This document shows, one piece after another, positions 20,558 to 30,781 of a stretch of 64,000 bases of DNA. The stretch is from the NCBI GenBank assembly GCA_963707635.1, contig OY970173.1:640001-704000 (forward strand), in the 5' to 3' direction. A program made the translations under genes and the position numbers. This DNA is from Candidatus Latescibacterota bacterium (lineage in GTDB: Bacteria; Krumholzibacteriota; Krumholzibacteriia; WVZY01; JAKEHA01). Position 1 is the first letter of the stretch. The number at the start of each line of letters is the position of its first letter. A model generated the notes under the pieces. It worked only from the letters and a program-made list of their open reading frames with translations. It did no database searches and was not told where the DNA came from.

Positions 20558-22356
20558 ATGAAGCAACCGTTTCGGCGTATCGCCATGGCGCACGCCTGTA
20601 TACTCATCTTCTCCGCCGGCACGGCAAGTGCGATCAATCAGTTCACCGAGTCTTTCACGACCACAACTTACAAGGATACGCTCAACACCACCGCGGACTG
20701 GAACACCGGTGCTGGTGAGCTTCGGGCATTTCCGTTCGTGCCATTACTGACGACGGTTTGGGACTCGCCGGGGACTGCGCGGGACGTCGTGTTGGCCGGG
20801 GTGACGGACGACCTAGCCCTCGTGGCGGACGGCGCGTTCGGCCTGCAGGTCGTAAGCCGGAGTTCGTCGTGGATCGGCAGCTACGACACGCTCGGAAACG
20901 CGATCTACGTCGCAGCGGCTTTCCCGAATCTCCCGGCATTCGACTCGCCTATAGGTATCCAGGACCCGCTCGACGGCACCGACCGCCTGTTCGTGGTCGA
21001 GCGCGACGGGCGCATCTACGTCTTCCAGAACGACGTCTCCGTCGTGCAGCGCTCGCTCTTTCTGGATATCACCGGTCTCGTCACCACCCAGACCGAAGGC
21101 GGTCTCCTGGGTCTTGCATTTCATCCGAACTATAAGAGCAACGGATATTTCTATGTCGCCTATACCAACGACAGCCCGCGGCGAACGATTCTCTCGCGCT
21201 TCACGAAAAGCGGGAACCCGAACGCGGCCGACCCGGGGAGCGAACTGATCCTGATCGACCTGCCCCAGACCAACCTCCACCACAAAGGTGGCTGCCTGGC
21301 GTTCGGTTCGGACGGGTACCTGTATCTATCGCTCGGCGACGATGGCAACTCCGCCAACAGTCAGAATCTCACGAGGCTCGAAGGAAAGCTGCTCCGCATC
21401 GACGTCGACAACCCGTCGGGCGGGAAGAACTATGGCATCCCGCCCGGGAATCCATTCGCGGGCAGCCCCGGTAGCGAGCGCAAGGAAATCTACGCCTTTG
21501 GATTTCGCAACCCGTGGCGGTTCGGCTTCGACCCACCGACGCGCCAGGAACGGAACTACGGATCGCCCGAATCTTGGAACCAGGAGCGCAACACGCTGTT
21601 CGCAACCCGTCGTCCGGGCGGCTGTGGATGGGCGACGTCGGGCAAGACACGTGGGAGGAGATCGACCTCATCAAGAAGGGTCGCAACTACGGGTGGTCGC
21701 GCATGGAGGGCGACGAATGCTATCCCTCGTCGTCGTCGTGCGACACCACCGGCCTCGACATCGACCTCCCCCTGTTCGCGTACGAGCACGACGGCAGCGC
21801 ATCCATCACGGGTGGATTTGTCTACCGCGGTCCTTCGGTGCCGAGCCTCGCGGGCAAATACATCTACGCGGACTACATCACCGGACAAATGTGGGCGCTG
21901 GCGTACAACGGAATCGATCCTCCGGCCAACACCGAGCTCCCGATCAATCCAGCTCTGTCGTTGTCCGTACCGTCGTTCGGTGTCGACAAGGACAACGAGT
22001 TGTACTTCACGTCTTTCGACGGCGAGGTGTACCGGTTCTTCGAGTCGTCTACCGCCGTGCGGCCTCCGGCACCGCGAGGCGGGACGCTGGTCTCCGTCCA
22101 TCCAAACCCGTTCGCGGCGACCGCCATCGTCGAGTATACGACCGTCACTCCCGGTCGCGTGGTGCTGGAGATTCTCGACGTGCGCGGTCGCCGCGTGAGC
22201 ACACTGGTCGATGGGAAAGTCGGGTCGGGCGCGCACACGGCCGGCTGGGACGGCCGCGATTCGAGCGGACGCGTGCAGGCGAGCGGGGTCTACTTCTGCC
22301 GCTTGACCGTGAAGGGACAACCTTCGGATACGCGGCGTGTTATCCTGCTGAAATAG
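20558..22356 (+). pseudogene. PQQ-dependent glucose/sorbosone dehydrogenase-like secreted protein with FlgD-Ig C-terminal domain, interrupted by a 74-bp insert
   Basis: EGGLLGLAFHP, HKGG, GDDG, GFRNPWRF / GDVGQ..WEE and NYGW motifs; frame change at 21542-21615. Confidence 0.85.
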
Positions 22357-23001
22357 TCAGCCCGGTAGCGCCTTCCGGCGGTGTCGGAAGTAACTGACGA
22401 TCGGCGGGATCACGGTCACCACGATGATTCCCATGATGACGAACGAAAAATTGTTCTTTACGAACGGGATGTTGCCGAAGAAATAGCCGGCGAAGAGAAA
22501 CGTCGCCACCCACGCCATGCCCCCGAACGCGTTGAACATCAGAAAGCGCGGATAGCTCATCGCGCCGATGCCGGCCACGAAGGGCGCAAAGGTCCGAAGA
22601 AACGGCAGGAAGCGCGAAAGCGCAATCGCCTTGCCGCCGTGGCGCTCGTAGAAGGCGCGCGCGCGGTGCAGGTACTCGGCGCGAAAGAACCGGTGGCGGT
22701 CGGTGAACGCCCTCGGCCCGATGTATCGCCCGATCGAGTAGTTGAGCGTGTTGCCCAGGATCGCGGCCGCCGCCAGCAGCACGAAGAGAATGCCGACATT
22801 GAGCCCTCCGGCCGCTGCCAGCGCGCCGACCGCGAAGAGCAGGGAGTCGCCGGGGAGGAACGGCGTCACCACCAGCCCGGTCTCGCAAAAGATAATGAGA
22901 AACAGAATGCCGTACGTCCACGCGCCGTACTCGACGAAAACCTGGTGCAGATGGCGGTCGAGGTGCAGGGCGAACGACACCAGCTCGTTGACGAACTCCA
23001 C
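22357..23001 (-). CDS. DedA family membrane protein
   Basis: FCETGLVVTPFLPGDSLLF and RFLPFLRTFAPFVAG motifs. Confidence 0.93.
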   Translation of the reverse strand: MEFVNELVSFALHLDRHLHQVFVEYGAWTYGILFLIIFCETGLVVTPFLPGDSLLFAVGALAAAGGLNVGILFVLLAAAAILGNTLNYSIGRYIGPRAFTDRHRFFRAEYLHRARAFYERHGGKAIALSRFLPFLRTFAPFVAGIGAMSYPRFLMFNAFGGMAWVATFLFAGYFFGNIPFVKNNFSFVIMGIIVVTVIPPIVSYFRHRRKALPG

Positions 23002-23007
23002 GCGCGC

Positions 23008-23838
23008 CTACTTCGCAGCCGGCTTGTAGTACTTCATTGCCTCGGGCATCAGCCGCTTCAGGTCGGCAATGCGCGTCGCGTCGGAGGGGTGCGTGCTCAT
23101 GATCTCGGGTGGAATGGTGCCGGGGGAGCCCTTCGCCATCCGCTCCCAGAACGGCACCGCCGCGTTGGGGTCGTAGCCCGCCATGGCCATGAAGATGAGG
23201 CCGAGGTGATCCGCCTCGCTCTCCTGCGTGCGGCTGAACGGAAGCAGCGCTCCGTATTGCACGCCGACGCCGAACGCCGTCATCCACAATTGCTGGGTCT
23301 GGGCGGGCTCCTTGGCCAGCGCCACCGACAGCGCGGTTCCCAGTCCCTCTGCGACCATCGCCTGGCTCATGCGTTCGGCGCCGTGCTTGGCCACGGCGTG
23401 CGCGATCTCGTGTCCCATCACCACCGCGAGGCCGAGCTCGTCCTGGCACACGGGCAGGATGCCGGTGTAGACGACGACCTTTCCACCCGGCATGCACCAT
23501 GCATTCACCTGGTCACTGTGGACCAGGTTGAACTCCCACTTGTACCCGGCGAGCTGGTCCGGCTGTTTCTGTTCGCGGAAGAACGTCTCTACGGCCGCCT
23601 GGATGCGCGTGCCGATGCGCTTGACCATGGCGGTGCCGGCCTGGTCGGTCGACACCGGGTTCTCTATGAGAAAAGTGTCGTACTCCGCCTCGCTCATGGC
23701 GAGCATCTCCGCGTCGGAGATCATGTGTAGCTGTTTACGTCCCGTGACCGGAACGGTCGAGCACGACCACAGCACGATTCCGGCCAGGATGCCGGCACAG
23801 GCGACCTTCAGCAAACGAAAGCAACTGCGGTGAGACAT
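23008..23838 (-). CDS. M48 family metallopeptidase lipoprotein
   Basis: AAGGAGG RBS; CSTVPVTGRKQL, NAWCMPGG, HEIAH, ESEAD and STHP motifs. Confidence 0.92.
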   Translation of the reverse strand: MSHRSCFRLLKVACAGILAGIVLWSCSTVPVTGRKQLHMISDAEMLAMSEAEYDTFLIENPVSTDQAGTAMVKRIGTRIQAAVETFFREQKQPDQLAGYKWEFNLVHSDQVNAWCMPGGKVVVYTGILPVCQDELGLAVVMGHEIAHAVAKHGAERMSQAMVAEGLGTALSVALAKEPAQTQQLWMTAFGVGVQYGALLPFSRTQESEADHLGLIFMAMAGYDPNAAVPFWERMAKGSPGTIPPEIMSTHPSDATRIADLKRLMPEAMKYYKPAAK

Positions 23839-23852
23839 GATTTCCTCCTTGC

Positions 23853-26795
23853 TCACTGGCGAGCCTCGGGGGTGACGTTGAGCGACACGCGCTGGCCATC
23901 GCGCAGAACGACGATGGGAACCGGCACGCCGATCTTCATCGCGTCCAGCGCATACGTGTAGTCGTAGATGTTCTTGATCACCTTGCCGGCGAATTCGACG
24001 ATGACGTCGCCGCCCTTCAGGCCCGCCTTGTCGGCCGGGCCGCCCGCCCGCACGCCCGAGAGCTTGACGCCTTCAATGTCTCCCGCGGCGTAGTCGGGGA
24101 TAGTGCCGAGGTAGATGCGCATCCCCGCGCGCGAGCCGGTTTCGTCCTTCGGGCGCTCAACCTTGGCGAAGGCCGGGCGCTGGCCTCGTTGCTCGACGTC
24201 CACGACGAGGTCGCAGGAGAACTTTGCGATGCGCTCCATTCCTTCATAGTCCAGCGTCTTGCTGTCGTCGGTCGGCCGGTGATAGTCCTCGTGGCTTCCG
24301 GTGAAAACGCTCAAGACCGGGACCCCGTGGGTGTAGAACGCAGTCGCGTCGGTGGGGAGGTAGGGGTCGTCCTGCAGCTTCGCGTCGAAGCCCGCCGCGA
24401 CGTTGCACTTTTCGATCGACGCCTTCCACGCGGGCGACGACCCCACGCCCTGCAGCAGCAGCGTGTTGTCCTTGAGGCGCCCCACCATGTCGAAGTTCAC
24501 GTACGCGGTCACCCGCTCCCACGGGAGCGTCGGGTGCACGGCGAAGTGATTCGAGCCGATGATGCCCAACTCTTCGCCCGACCACGCGGCGAACAGGATG
24601 CCGAAGGGGAACGCGTCCGGATGACGCGCCCGCATGTCGGCCAGCGCAGCGGCCATCTCGAGCACGACCGCCGTGCCGGACGCGTTGTCGTCGGCGCCGT
24701 TGTGGATCTTGCCTTCCTCTCCCTTGCGGGCGAGCGAGCTGGAGGTGCCGCGACCGAGGTGGTCGTAGTGGGCGCCCACCACGATTACGGGCGCGTTCGC
24801 GCTGTCCGTGCCGGCGGGCAGGTACGCGAGGACGTTTCTGCCCGTGCCTTTCTCGCGTTCGATCGCCACCGTGATTGCGGTTGTCGCGTTCGTGAAATCG
24901 AACTGCGCCAGTGCGTGCGGGTTCTCGACGTCCAATTCAGATTGCAGGTCCTTGAGCGACTTGTCACGCGCGTGGAACAATATCGCGGCAGTTTCCCCGC
25001 TGATCGACACCACCGGAATTCCCGAGCCGGCGAGGGACTGGTCGAAGCCAATCGGCTGGAGTGCCCCCGCGTTGGGAGACGTCGGCCCGGTGACCAGCAG
25101 GAGTGCTTTCGCTCCGGCTTCGCGCGCGAGCATGGCCTTGTAGCGCACGCCGCTGTAGCGGTTGAGCTCCATGCGCCGGTCCATGCTCACGGCTTCCGGC
25201 ACGTAGTTGAGCGCGAGCACGACCTTGTCCTTCACGTCGAAACCAGCGTAGGAGTTGTAGGGCGTGCCCGTGTCGCCCGGTGTCTTGAGGCCGTAGCCGA
25301 CGAAGGCGATCGGTCCTTCGACGGTGGCGTTCTCGCTGAACGCGAGCGGGCGGAAGTCCTTCTCGACCACCAGCGCGTGGGCATCGTCACCGACGCGCAG
25401 CGTCATCGCGTTGGCGCCCGGGACGAGCTTGACCCCGGAGGTGAACGGAAACGACTGGTAGTAGCCGCTTTCTTCGCCGATTTCGCGCAGCCCCAGCAGC
25501 TCGAACCGCTTCGCGATGTACGCGGCGGCCTCCTGCTCGCCCTTCGAGCCGGTGAGGCGGCCCTCCAGATCATCCGACGCGAGATACTCCACGTAACGCC
25601 GCAGCTCGTCCGCGCGGATCTCGCTCGAGCCCATCCATTCCTGGCGCGGGGACTTCTTCATCGGCGCCCCCGCGTGCACCCCGCGCGCCGGCGCGGCTTT
25701 CAACGCGGCCCGCGCGGCCTCATGGTTCCAGTCGGCGATGAAGAGTTGCGACACCTTGTCGGCGGTGCGATTGGACGTCCACGCCAGGCGCTTCCCGTCG
25801 GGTGAGAACACCGGAAGTCCGTCGAACCCGTCGGTGAAAGTCACGCGGACCGGGTCCCGGGAGCCGTCGCGGTTCACCAGGTACAACTCGAAGTTCGAAA
25901 ACCCGAGCTTGTTCGACGTAAAGATCAAGTACTCGCCGCTCGGGTGAAAGAACGGCGCCCACGACATCGCCGCGAAGTCGGTGATCTGCTGCTTGTCCGA
26001 ACCGTCCGGCTTCATGGTGAAAACGTCCGCGATGGTTCCCTCGGTGTTGAAGTGACGCCACACGATCCGCTTGCCGTCCGGGGTGAAGAACGGCCCGCCG
26101 TCATAGCCGGGCTCGTCCGTTAGACGCTTCGGCTCGGACCCGTCCGCCCGCATGACGTAGATGTCCGCAAAATACGAGAGGTCGACTTTCGCGCGCTCCT
26201 GGTCATCTGTCGAAAGCATTGCCAACGGGTACGCCGCCCGGTTCGAGCAGAACACGATCCACTGCCCGTCCGGCGAATACGAGCACTCGGCGTCGTAGCC
26301 GGTGGCGCTGGTGAGGCGCACCGCGTCCGAACCGTCGCGCCGGGTCTGGAAGACGTCGTAGGTGGCGTCGTAGTCCCAGGCGTAGCGCTTCTGCTTGCCG
26401 CTTGCGCGCAGGTCGATCTCTTCTTTCTGCTTCGCGATCGCGTCGGGGTCGAGGTGGGTGGATGCGAAGATCACCCGGTCCGCGTCCCGCGGGTGAAAGA
26501 ACGAGCACGTCGTCTTTCCGACCCCCGGCGACACGCGGTGGATGTCGCCGGTCGCGAACGAAAGCATATAGATTTGATAGAACGGATTGTCCGGCTCGCG
26601 CTCGGCCTGGAAGATGAGACTGGCACCGTCGGGCGAAAAGTAGCCTTCGCCCGCGCGTTTGCCCTCGAAGGTGAGCTGGCGGGGGCGCGTGAGAAACGCC
26701 TTTTCATCCACGGCGCTGGACGTGGCTTCGGCCGCCATGACAGCGGATGCGGCGCCCAGGGCCACGGCCCCGGCGGCAAAAATCGAACTTCGCAT
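23853..26795 (-). CDS. M28 peptidase with PD40/TolB propeller, PA and PDZ domains
   Basis: FSPDG repeats; GAHYDHLG, GADDNASG, GEELG, NFDMVG and YHRPTD motifs; C-terminal LGTIPDY PDZ. Confidence 0.92.
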   Translation of the reverse strand: MRSSIFAAGAVALGAASAVMAAEATSSAVDEKAFLTRPRQLTFEGKRAGEGYFSPDGASLIFQAEREPDNPFYQIYMLSFATGDIHRVSPGVGKTTCSFFHPRDADRVIFASTHLDPDAIAKQKEEIDLRASGKQKRYAWDYDATYDVFQTRRDGSDAVRLTSATGYDAECSYSPDGQWIVFCSNRAAYPLAMLSTDDQERAKVDLSYFADIYVMRADGSEPKRLTDEPGYDGGPFFTPDGKRIVWRHFNTEGTIADVFTMKPDGSDKQQITDFAAMSWAPFFHPSGEYLIFTSNKLGFSNFELYLVNRDGSRDPVRVTFTDGFDGLPVFSPDGKRLAWTSNRTADKVSQLFIADWNHEAARAALKAAPARGVHAGAPMKKSPRQEWMGSSEIRADELRRYVEYLASDDLEGRLTGSKGEQEAAAYIAKRFELLGLREIGEESGYYQSFPFTSGVKLVPGANAMTLRVGDDAHALVVEKDFRPLAFSENATVEGPIAFVGYGLKTPGDTGTPYNSYAGFDVKDKVVLALNYVPEAVSMDRRMELNRYSGVRYKAMLAREAGAKALLLVTGPTSPNAGALQPIGFDQSLAGSGIPVVSISGETAAILFHARDKSLKDLQSELDVENPHALAQFDFTNATTAITVAIEREKGTGRNVLAYLPAGTDSANAPVIVVGAHYDHLGRGTSSSLARKGEEGKIHNGADDNASGTAVVLEMAAALADMRARHPDAFPFGILFAAWSGEELGIIGSNHFAVHPTLPWERVTAYVNFDMVGRLKDNTLLLQGVGSSPAWKASIEKCNVAAGFDAKLQDDPYLPTDATAFYTHGVPVLSVFTGSHEDYHRPTDDSKTLDYEGMERIAKFSCDLVVDVEQRGQRPAFAKVERPKDETGSRAGMRIYLGTIPDYAAGDIEGVKLSGVRAGGPADKAGLKGGDVIVEFAGKVIKNIYDYTYALDAMKIGVPVPIVVLRDGQRVSLNVTPEARQ

Positions 26796-27002
26796 TCAGG
26801 TCACCTCGGTTGGGGTTGGGGGACTCATCCTAAGACAAGGCGGGCCGTTGCGCCAGTGGGTTGGAAGGCGAAAATCGTGGGCAGAATTTCCGCGGCGCCG
26901 TCCGTTCGCGGGCCTGGACTCCGTCTTGCCTCGACGCCGTTCCCCCGGCTACCCTGCGGGGAGCGCGCGGCTCCCGCGCGCCGGCAAAGAGGGAGGAGCG
27001 GC

Positions 27003-27404
27003 ATGGTCGAGATCAATTACGCCGCGGTCGTCGTGGCCGCGTTGTCGGGGTTTGCCGTCGGGGCGCTCTGGTACGGTCCGCTGTTCGGAAAACAGTGGAT
27101 GTCCGCCTCCGGTGTCACCGAGGCCGACATCAAGGACACGAACTTTCCGAAGATCTACGGCATCACGTTCCTCATGAGCGTCGTCGCGGCGTTCGTGCTC
27201 GCCCACGTGATCGCGAAGTTCGACGCCACCACGCTGCGCGGGGGTATCGAGGCCGGCTTCTGGATGTGGCTGGGATTCGTCGTGACCGTCCAGGTCACCG
27301 ACGCCCTGTTCAACCGCGGCAGCATGAAGCTGGTTGCGATCGATTCGGGCTACCGCCTGGTATGGGCGGTCGTGATGGGGATCATCCTGGCGGTGTGGCG
27401 CTAG
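27003..27404 (+). CDS. DUF1761 family membrane protein
   Basis: INYAAVVVAA..GALWYGPLFGKQW and IDSGY motifs; GGAGG RBS. Confidence 0.88.
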   Translation: MVEINYAAVVVAALSGFAVGALWYGPLFGKQWMSASGVTEADIKDTNFPKIYGITFLMSVVAAFVLAHVIAKFDATTLRGGIEAGFWMWLGFVVTVQVTDALFNRGSMKLVAIDSGYRLVWAVVMGIILAVWR

Positions 27405-27448
27405 AGCGTGCCCGGTACGTCGGCGGCCGTAAGGGCGCCATCGACGAT

Positions 27449-28729
27449 ATGAACTTTCTCGCCTTTCTCGAATGCAGTTCCTGCGGCCGCCGCTACGACG
27501 CCGACGGGCTCCTCGGCCTCTGCGAGGATTGCCGGCGGCCGCTGCTCGCGCGCTACGACCTGGACGCGGCGCGGCGCGCGATCGAGCATTCGCGTCTGCA
27601 CGAACGCCCCCGCGGCGCCTGGCGTTTTCACGAGCTGCAACCCGTACGCGACGCGCGTTTTCGCCTGACCCTGGGGGAAGGCGGCACGCCGCTGGTGCGG
27701 GCCGACCGCCTCGCCGCGAAGCTGGCGGGTCACGAGCGGGTGGCACCGATCCGGGGCCCCCGCGGCGCGAAGCTCGCGGGGTGGATCGGTGACAGGACCC
27801 GCGTCAGTGACGACACCTTTACCGGCACGCTCTTCATCAAGGACGAAAGCCCCAACCCGACCGGCTCCTTCAAGGCACGCGGCATGGCGGTCGCCGTTTC
27901 GCGCGCCGTCGAGCTCGGGGCCACCGCGCTTTCCGCTCCCTCCGCGGGGAACGCCGCCTGCGCGCTCGCCGCGTACGCCGCGCGCGCCGGCGTCGAAGCG
28001 CATGTCTACATGCCGGCCGACGTGCCGACCGCGTTCACGGCGCAGTGCCGCGCCTTCGGGGCGCACGTCCACCTGATCGACGGGCTCATCACCGAGTGCG
28101 GTCGGGTTGCGATCGAAGAGTCGACACGTCACGGGCGCTTCGATCTGTCCACGCTCAAGGAGCCCTACCGGCTGGAAGGCAAGAAGACCCTGGGCTACGA
28201 GCTGGCGGAGCAGATGCAGTGGACGTTGCCCGAAGTCGTCGTCTATCCGACCGGCGGCGGCACCGGGCTCGTCGGAATGTGGAAAGCGTTCGAAGAGATG
28301 GAAGCACTCGGGTGGATCGATACGCGCCGGCCGCGAATGGTCAGCGTCCAGTCGAGCGGGTGCGCGCCGATCGTGCGCGCGTTCGAGAGCGGCGCCCAGA
28401 CGGCCCTCCCGTGGGAGAATGCCGCCACCGTGGCCGACGGGCTGCGCGTGCCGGCGGCGGTCGGGGACGCGCTCATGCTCCGCGCGCTCCGGGAGTCGAA
28501 CGGCACCGCGATCGCCGTCACCGACGAAGAGCTGATGGACGGCGCCAACGCAATCGCCCGCGCCGAGGGGATCTTCGCCGCCCCGGAGGGCGGCGCCACG
28601 GTGGCGGCGTTCGCGACGCTGCGCGCCCGCGGGTGGATTCGAGACGGCGAGCGGGTGGTCCTGTTCAACACCGGGAGCGGGCTGTCGTATGCACACCTCT
28701 GGGCCGGTGGGGAGGGCGGTGGCGCATGA
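27449..28729 (+). CDS. thrC: threonine synthase (PLP fold II) with an in-frame palindromic insert
   Basis: LGEGGTP, NPTGSFKARG, SAGNA, EGKKT and PTGGGTG motifs. Confidence 0.85.
   Translation: MNFLAFLECSSCGRRYDADGLLGLCEDCRRPLLARYDLDAARRAIEHSRLHERPRGAWRFHELQPVRDARFRLTLGEGGTPLVRADRLAAKLAGHERVAPIRGPRGAKLAGWIGDRTRVSDDTFTGTLFIKDESPNPTGSFKARGMAVAVSRAVELGATALSAPSAGNAACALAAYAARAGVEAHVYMPADVPTAFTAQCRAFGAHVHLIDGLITECGRVAIEESTRHGRFDLSTLKEPYRLEGKKTLGYELAEQMQWTLPEVVVYPTGGGTGLVGMWKAFEEMEALGWIDTRRPRMVSVQSSGCAPIVRAFESGAQTALPWENAATVADGLRVPAAVGDALMLRALRESNGTAIAVTDEELMDGANAIARAEGIFAAPEGGATVAAFATLRARGWIRDGERVVLFNTGSGLSYAHLWAGGEGGGA
27729..27811 (-). repeat. palindromic element inserted in frame in thrC
   Basis: Nested arms GTCAC/GTGAC, GCGGGT/ACCCGC, CACCGATCC/GGATCGGTG and CCCCGCG/CGCGGGG; ends match the element at 37741-37835. 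Confidence 0.75.
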
Positions 28730-30768
28730 AGCCGCCGGTCGCCAAACGCATTCCCACCGACGTGTCCGTGCACGACGACCGTCGTGTCGACGAGTACGCC
28801 TGGCTGCGCGACCGTGAGAACCCGGAGGTGATCGCGTACCTCAACGAGGAGAACGCGTACGCGGAGGCGATGCTGGAGCCGACGCGCGAGTTCCAGGAGC
28901 AGCTCTACCGCGAGATGGTGGCGCGCATCAACGAGACCGACAGTTCCGTGCCCGTCACGCGCGATGACTTTCATTACTACACCCGCACCGAGAAAGGTCG
29001 CCAGTACGAGGTCTTCTGCCGGCGCCGCGGCGCGCTCGATGGACCCGAACAGGTGCTCCTCGACGAGAACCGCCTCGCAGAAGGGCACGCCTATCACGCG
29101 ATCGGCTCCCGCGAGGTCAGCCTCGACCACCGCCTGCTCGCGTACACCGTGGACATGTCCGGGGGAGAGCGGTACCAGCTGGTGGTGGTCGATCTCGACG
29201 CCGGGCGGGTCGTGGACGGTCCCATCGACGGAGTGGCCGCCGACATCGAATGGGACAACGACAGCCGCTCGATCTTCTACCTCGTGCTGGACGACGCCAT
29301 GCGACCGTACGCGGTGCGCCGCCATGTGGTGGGTGAACCGGTGGCGCGCGACGTCGAGCTCCACCGCGAGACCGACGTCGCGTTCTACATGGGTATCGAG
29401 GTCACGCGCAGCCGTGACTATCTGTTCGTCACCATGGAGAGCCACACGACGTCGGAGGTGCACGCGCTGCGCCTGTCCGACGGGAGAGACGCCGCGCTGC
29501 GGATCGTCCAGCCGCGCAAGGCCGAGGTCGAGTACCACGTGGCGCACAGCGGGGACTGGTTCTTCATCATGATCAACGAGGAGGCGCTCAACTTTCGCGT
29601 GTTCGAGGCTCCGGCGAAGAACCCGCGGCGCGAGCGCTGGCGGGAAATCATTCCGCACCGGCCGGCGGTCAAGATCGACGGCCTCGAGGCCTTCGAGAAA
29701 CACCTGGTCGTCATCGAGCGGGAAAACGGGCTGAAGCGGATTCGCATCATCGATCTGGTGACGCGCGCCTCGTCGTACGTGGCTTTCGACGAGCCGGTGT
29801 ATACGGTCTGGCTCGAGCGCAACCCCGAATTCCACGAGCGGGTGTTGCGTTTCAACTATTCGTCGCTCACCACGCCGCGCACCGTCTTCGACTACGACAT
29901 GGAGAAGGGAACGCGGGTGCTGCGCAAGCGCTACGAGGTGCTCGGCGGCTTCGACCCGTCGCGCTACGTGGGCGAGCGCGTGTTCGCGGTCGCGACGGAC
30001 GGGACCCGGGTGCCGATCTCACTCGTTTACCGGCGCGACACCCCGCGCGACGGAACCGCGCCGCTGATCCTCTACGGGTACGGGGCGTACGGAGTGTGCG
30101 TGGAGCCGCACTTTGTCTCGAATCGTTTGGGCCTGCTGGACCGCGGCATGGTCTTCGCCATCGCGCACATTCGCGGTGGCGGCGCCCTCGGGCGCATGTG
30201 GTACGAAAAGGGAAAGCGCCTCTACAAGCGCAACACGTTCACGGATTTTATCGCGTGCGCGGAGCACCTGATCGAGAAGGGATACACGTCGAGCGGGAAG
30301 CTCGTCTGCTACGGCGGAAGCGCGGGGGGCATGCTGGTCGGCGCGGTGCTCAACATGCGGCCGGACCTGTGGCGCGCGGCCATGGCGGTGGTGCCATTCG
30401 TGGACGTGCTGAACACGATGCTCGATCCGACGCTCCCGCTGACCGTCATCGAGTACGACGAGTGGGGAAACCCCGAGGATCGGAAGTACTACGAGTACAT
30501 CCGGTCCTACTCGCCCTACGACGACGTGCGACGGCACGACTATCCCGCGATGCTGGTGCTGTCGGGATTCAACGACCCGCGCGTGCAGTACTGGGAGCCC
30601 GCCAAGTGGGTGGCGAGACTGCGGGCGCGCAAGACCGACTCCAACCCCGTGCTGCTGCGCACGCGCATGGGCGAGGGGCACAAGGGCGCGTCCGGACGCT
30701 ACGACTACCTGCGCGACGTGGCGCTGGAGTACGCGTTCATCTTCCAGCAATTCGGGATCGGAACCTAG
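28726..30768 (+). CDS. ptrB: oligopeptidase B (S9A)
   Basis: DEYAWLRD, GGSAGG, DPRVQYWEPAKW and GH motifs; ATGA overlap with thrC. Confidence 0.9.
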   Translation: MKPPVAKRIPTDVSVHDDRRVDEYAWLRDRENPEVIAYLNEENAYAEAMLEPTREFQEQLYREMVARINETDSSVPVTRDDFHYYTRTEKGRQYEVFCRRRGALDGPEQVLLDENRLAEGHAYHAIGSREVSLDHRLLAYTVDMSGGERYQLVVVDLDAGRVVDGPIDGVAADIEWDNDSRSIFYLVLDDAMRPYAVRRHVVGEPVARDVELHRETDVAFYMGIEVTRSRDYLFVTMESHTTSEVHALRLSDGRDAALRIVQPRKAEVEYHVAHSGDWFFIMINEEALNFRVFEAPAKNPRRERWREIIPHRPAVKIDGLEAFEKHLVVIERENGLKRIRIIDLVTRASSYVAFDEPVYTVWLERNPEFHERVLRFNYSSLTTPRTVFDYDMEKGTRVLRKRYEVLGGFDPSRYVGERVFAVATDGTRVPISLVYRRDTPRDGTAPLILYGYGAYGVCVEPHFVSNRLGLLDRGMVFAIAHIRGGGALGRMWYEKGKRLYKRNTFTDFIACAEHLIEKGYTSSGKLVCYGGSAGGMLVGAVLNMRPDLWRAAMAVVPFVDVLNTMLDPTLPLTVIEYDEWGNPEDRKYYEYIRSYSPYDDVRRHDYPAMLVLSGFNDPRVQYWEPAKWVARLRARKTDSNPVLLRTRMGEGHKGASGRYDYLRDVALEYAFIFQQFGIGT

Positions 30769-30781
30769 GGCTCGCTTTCGC

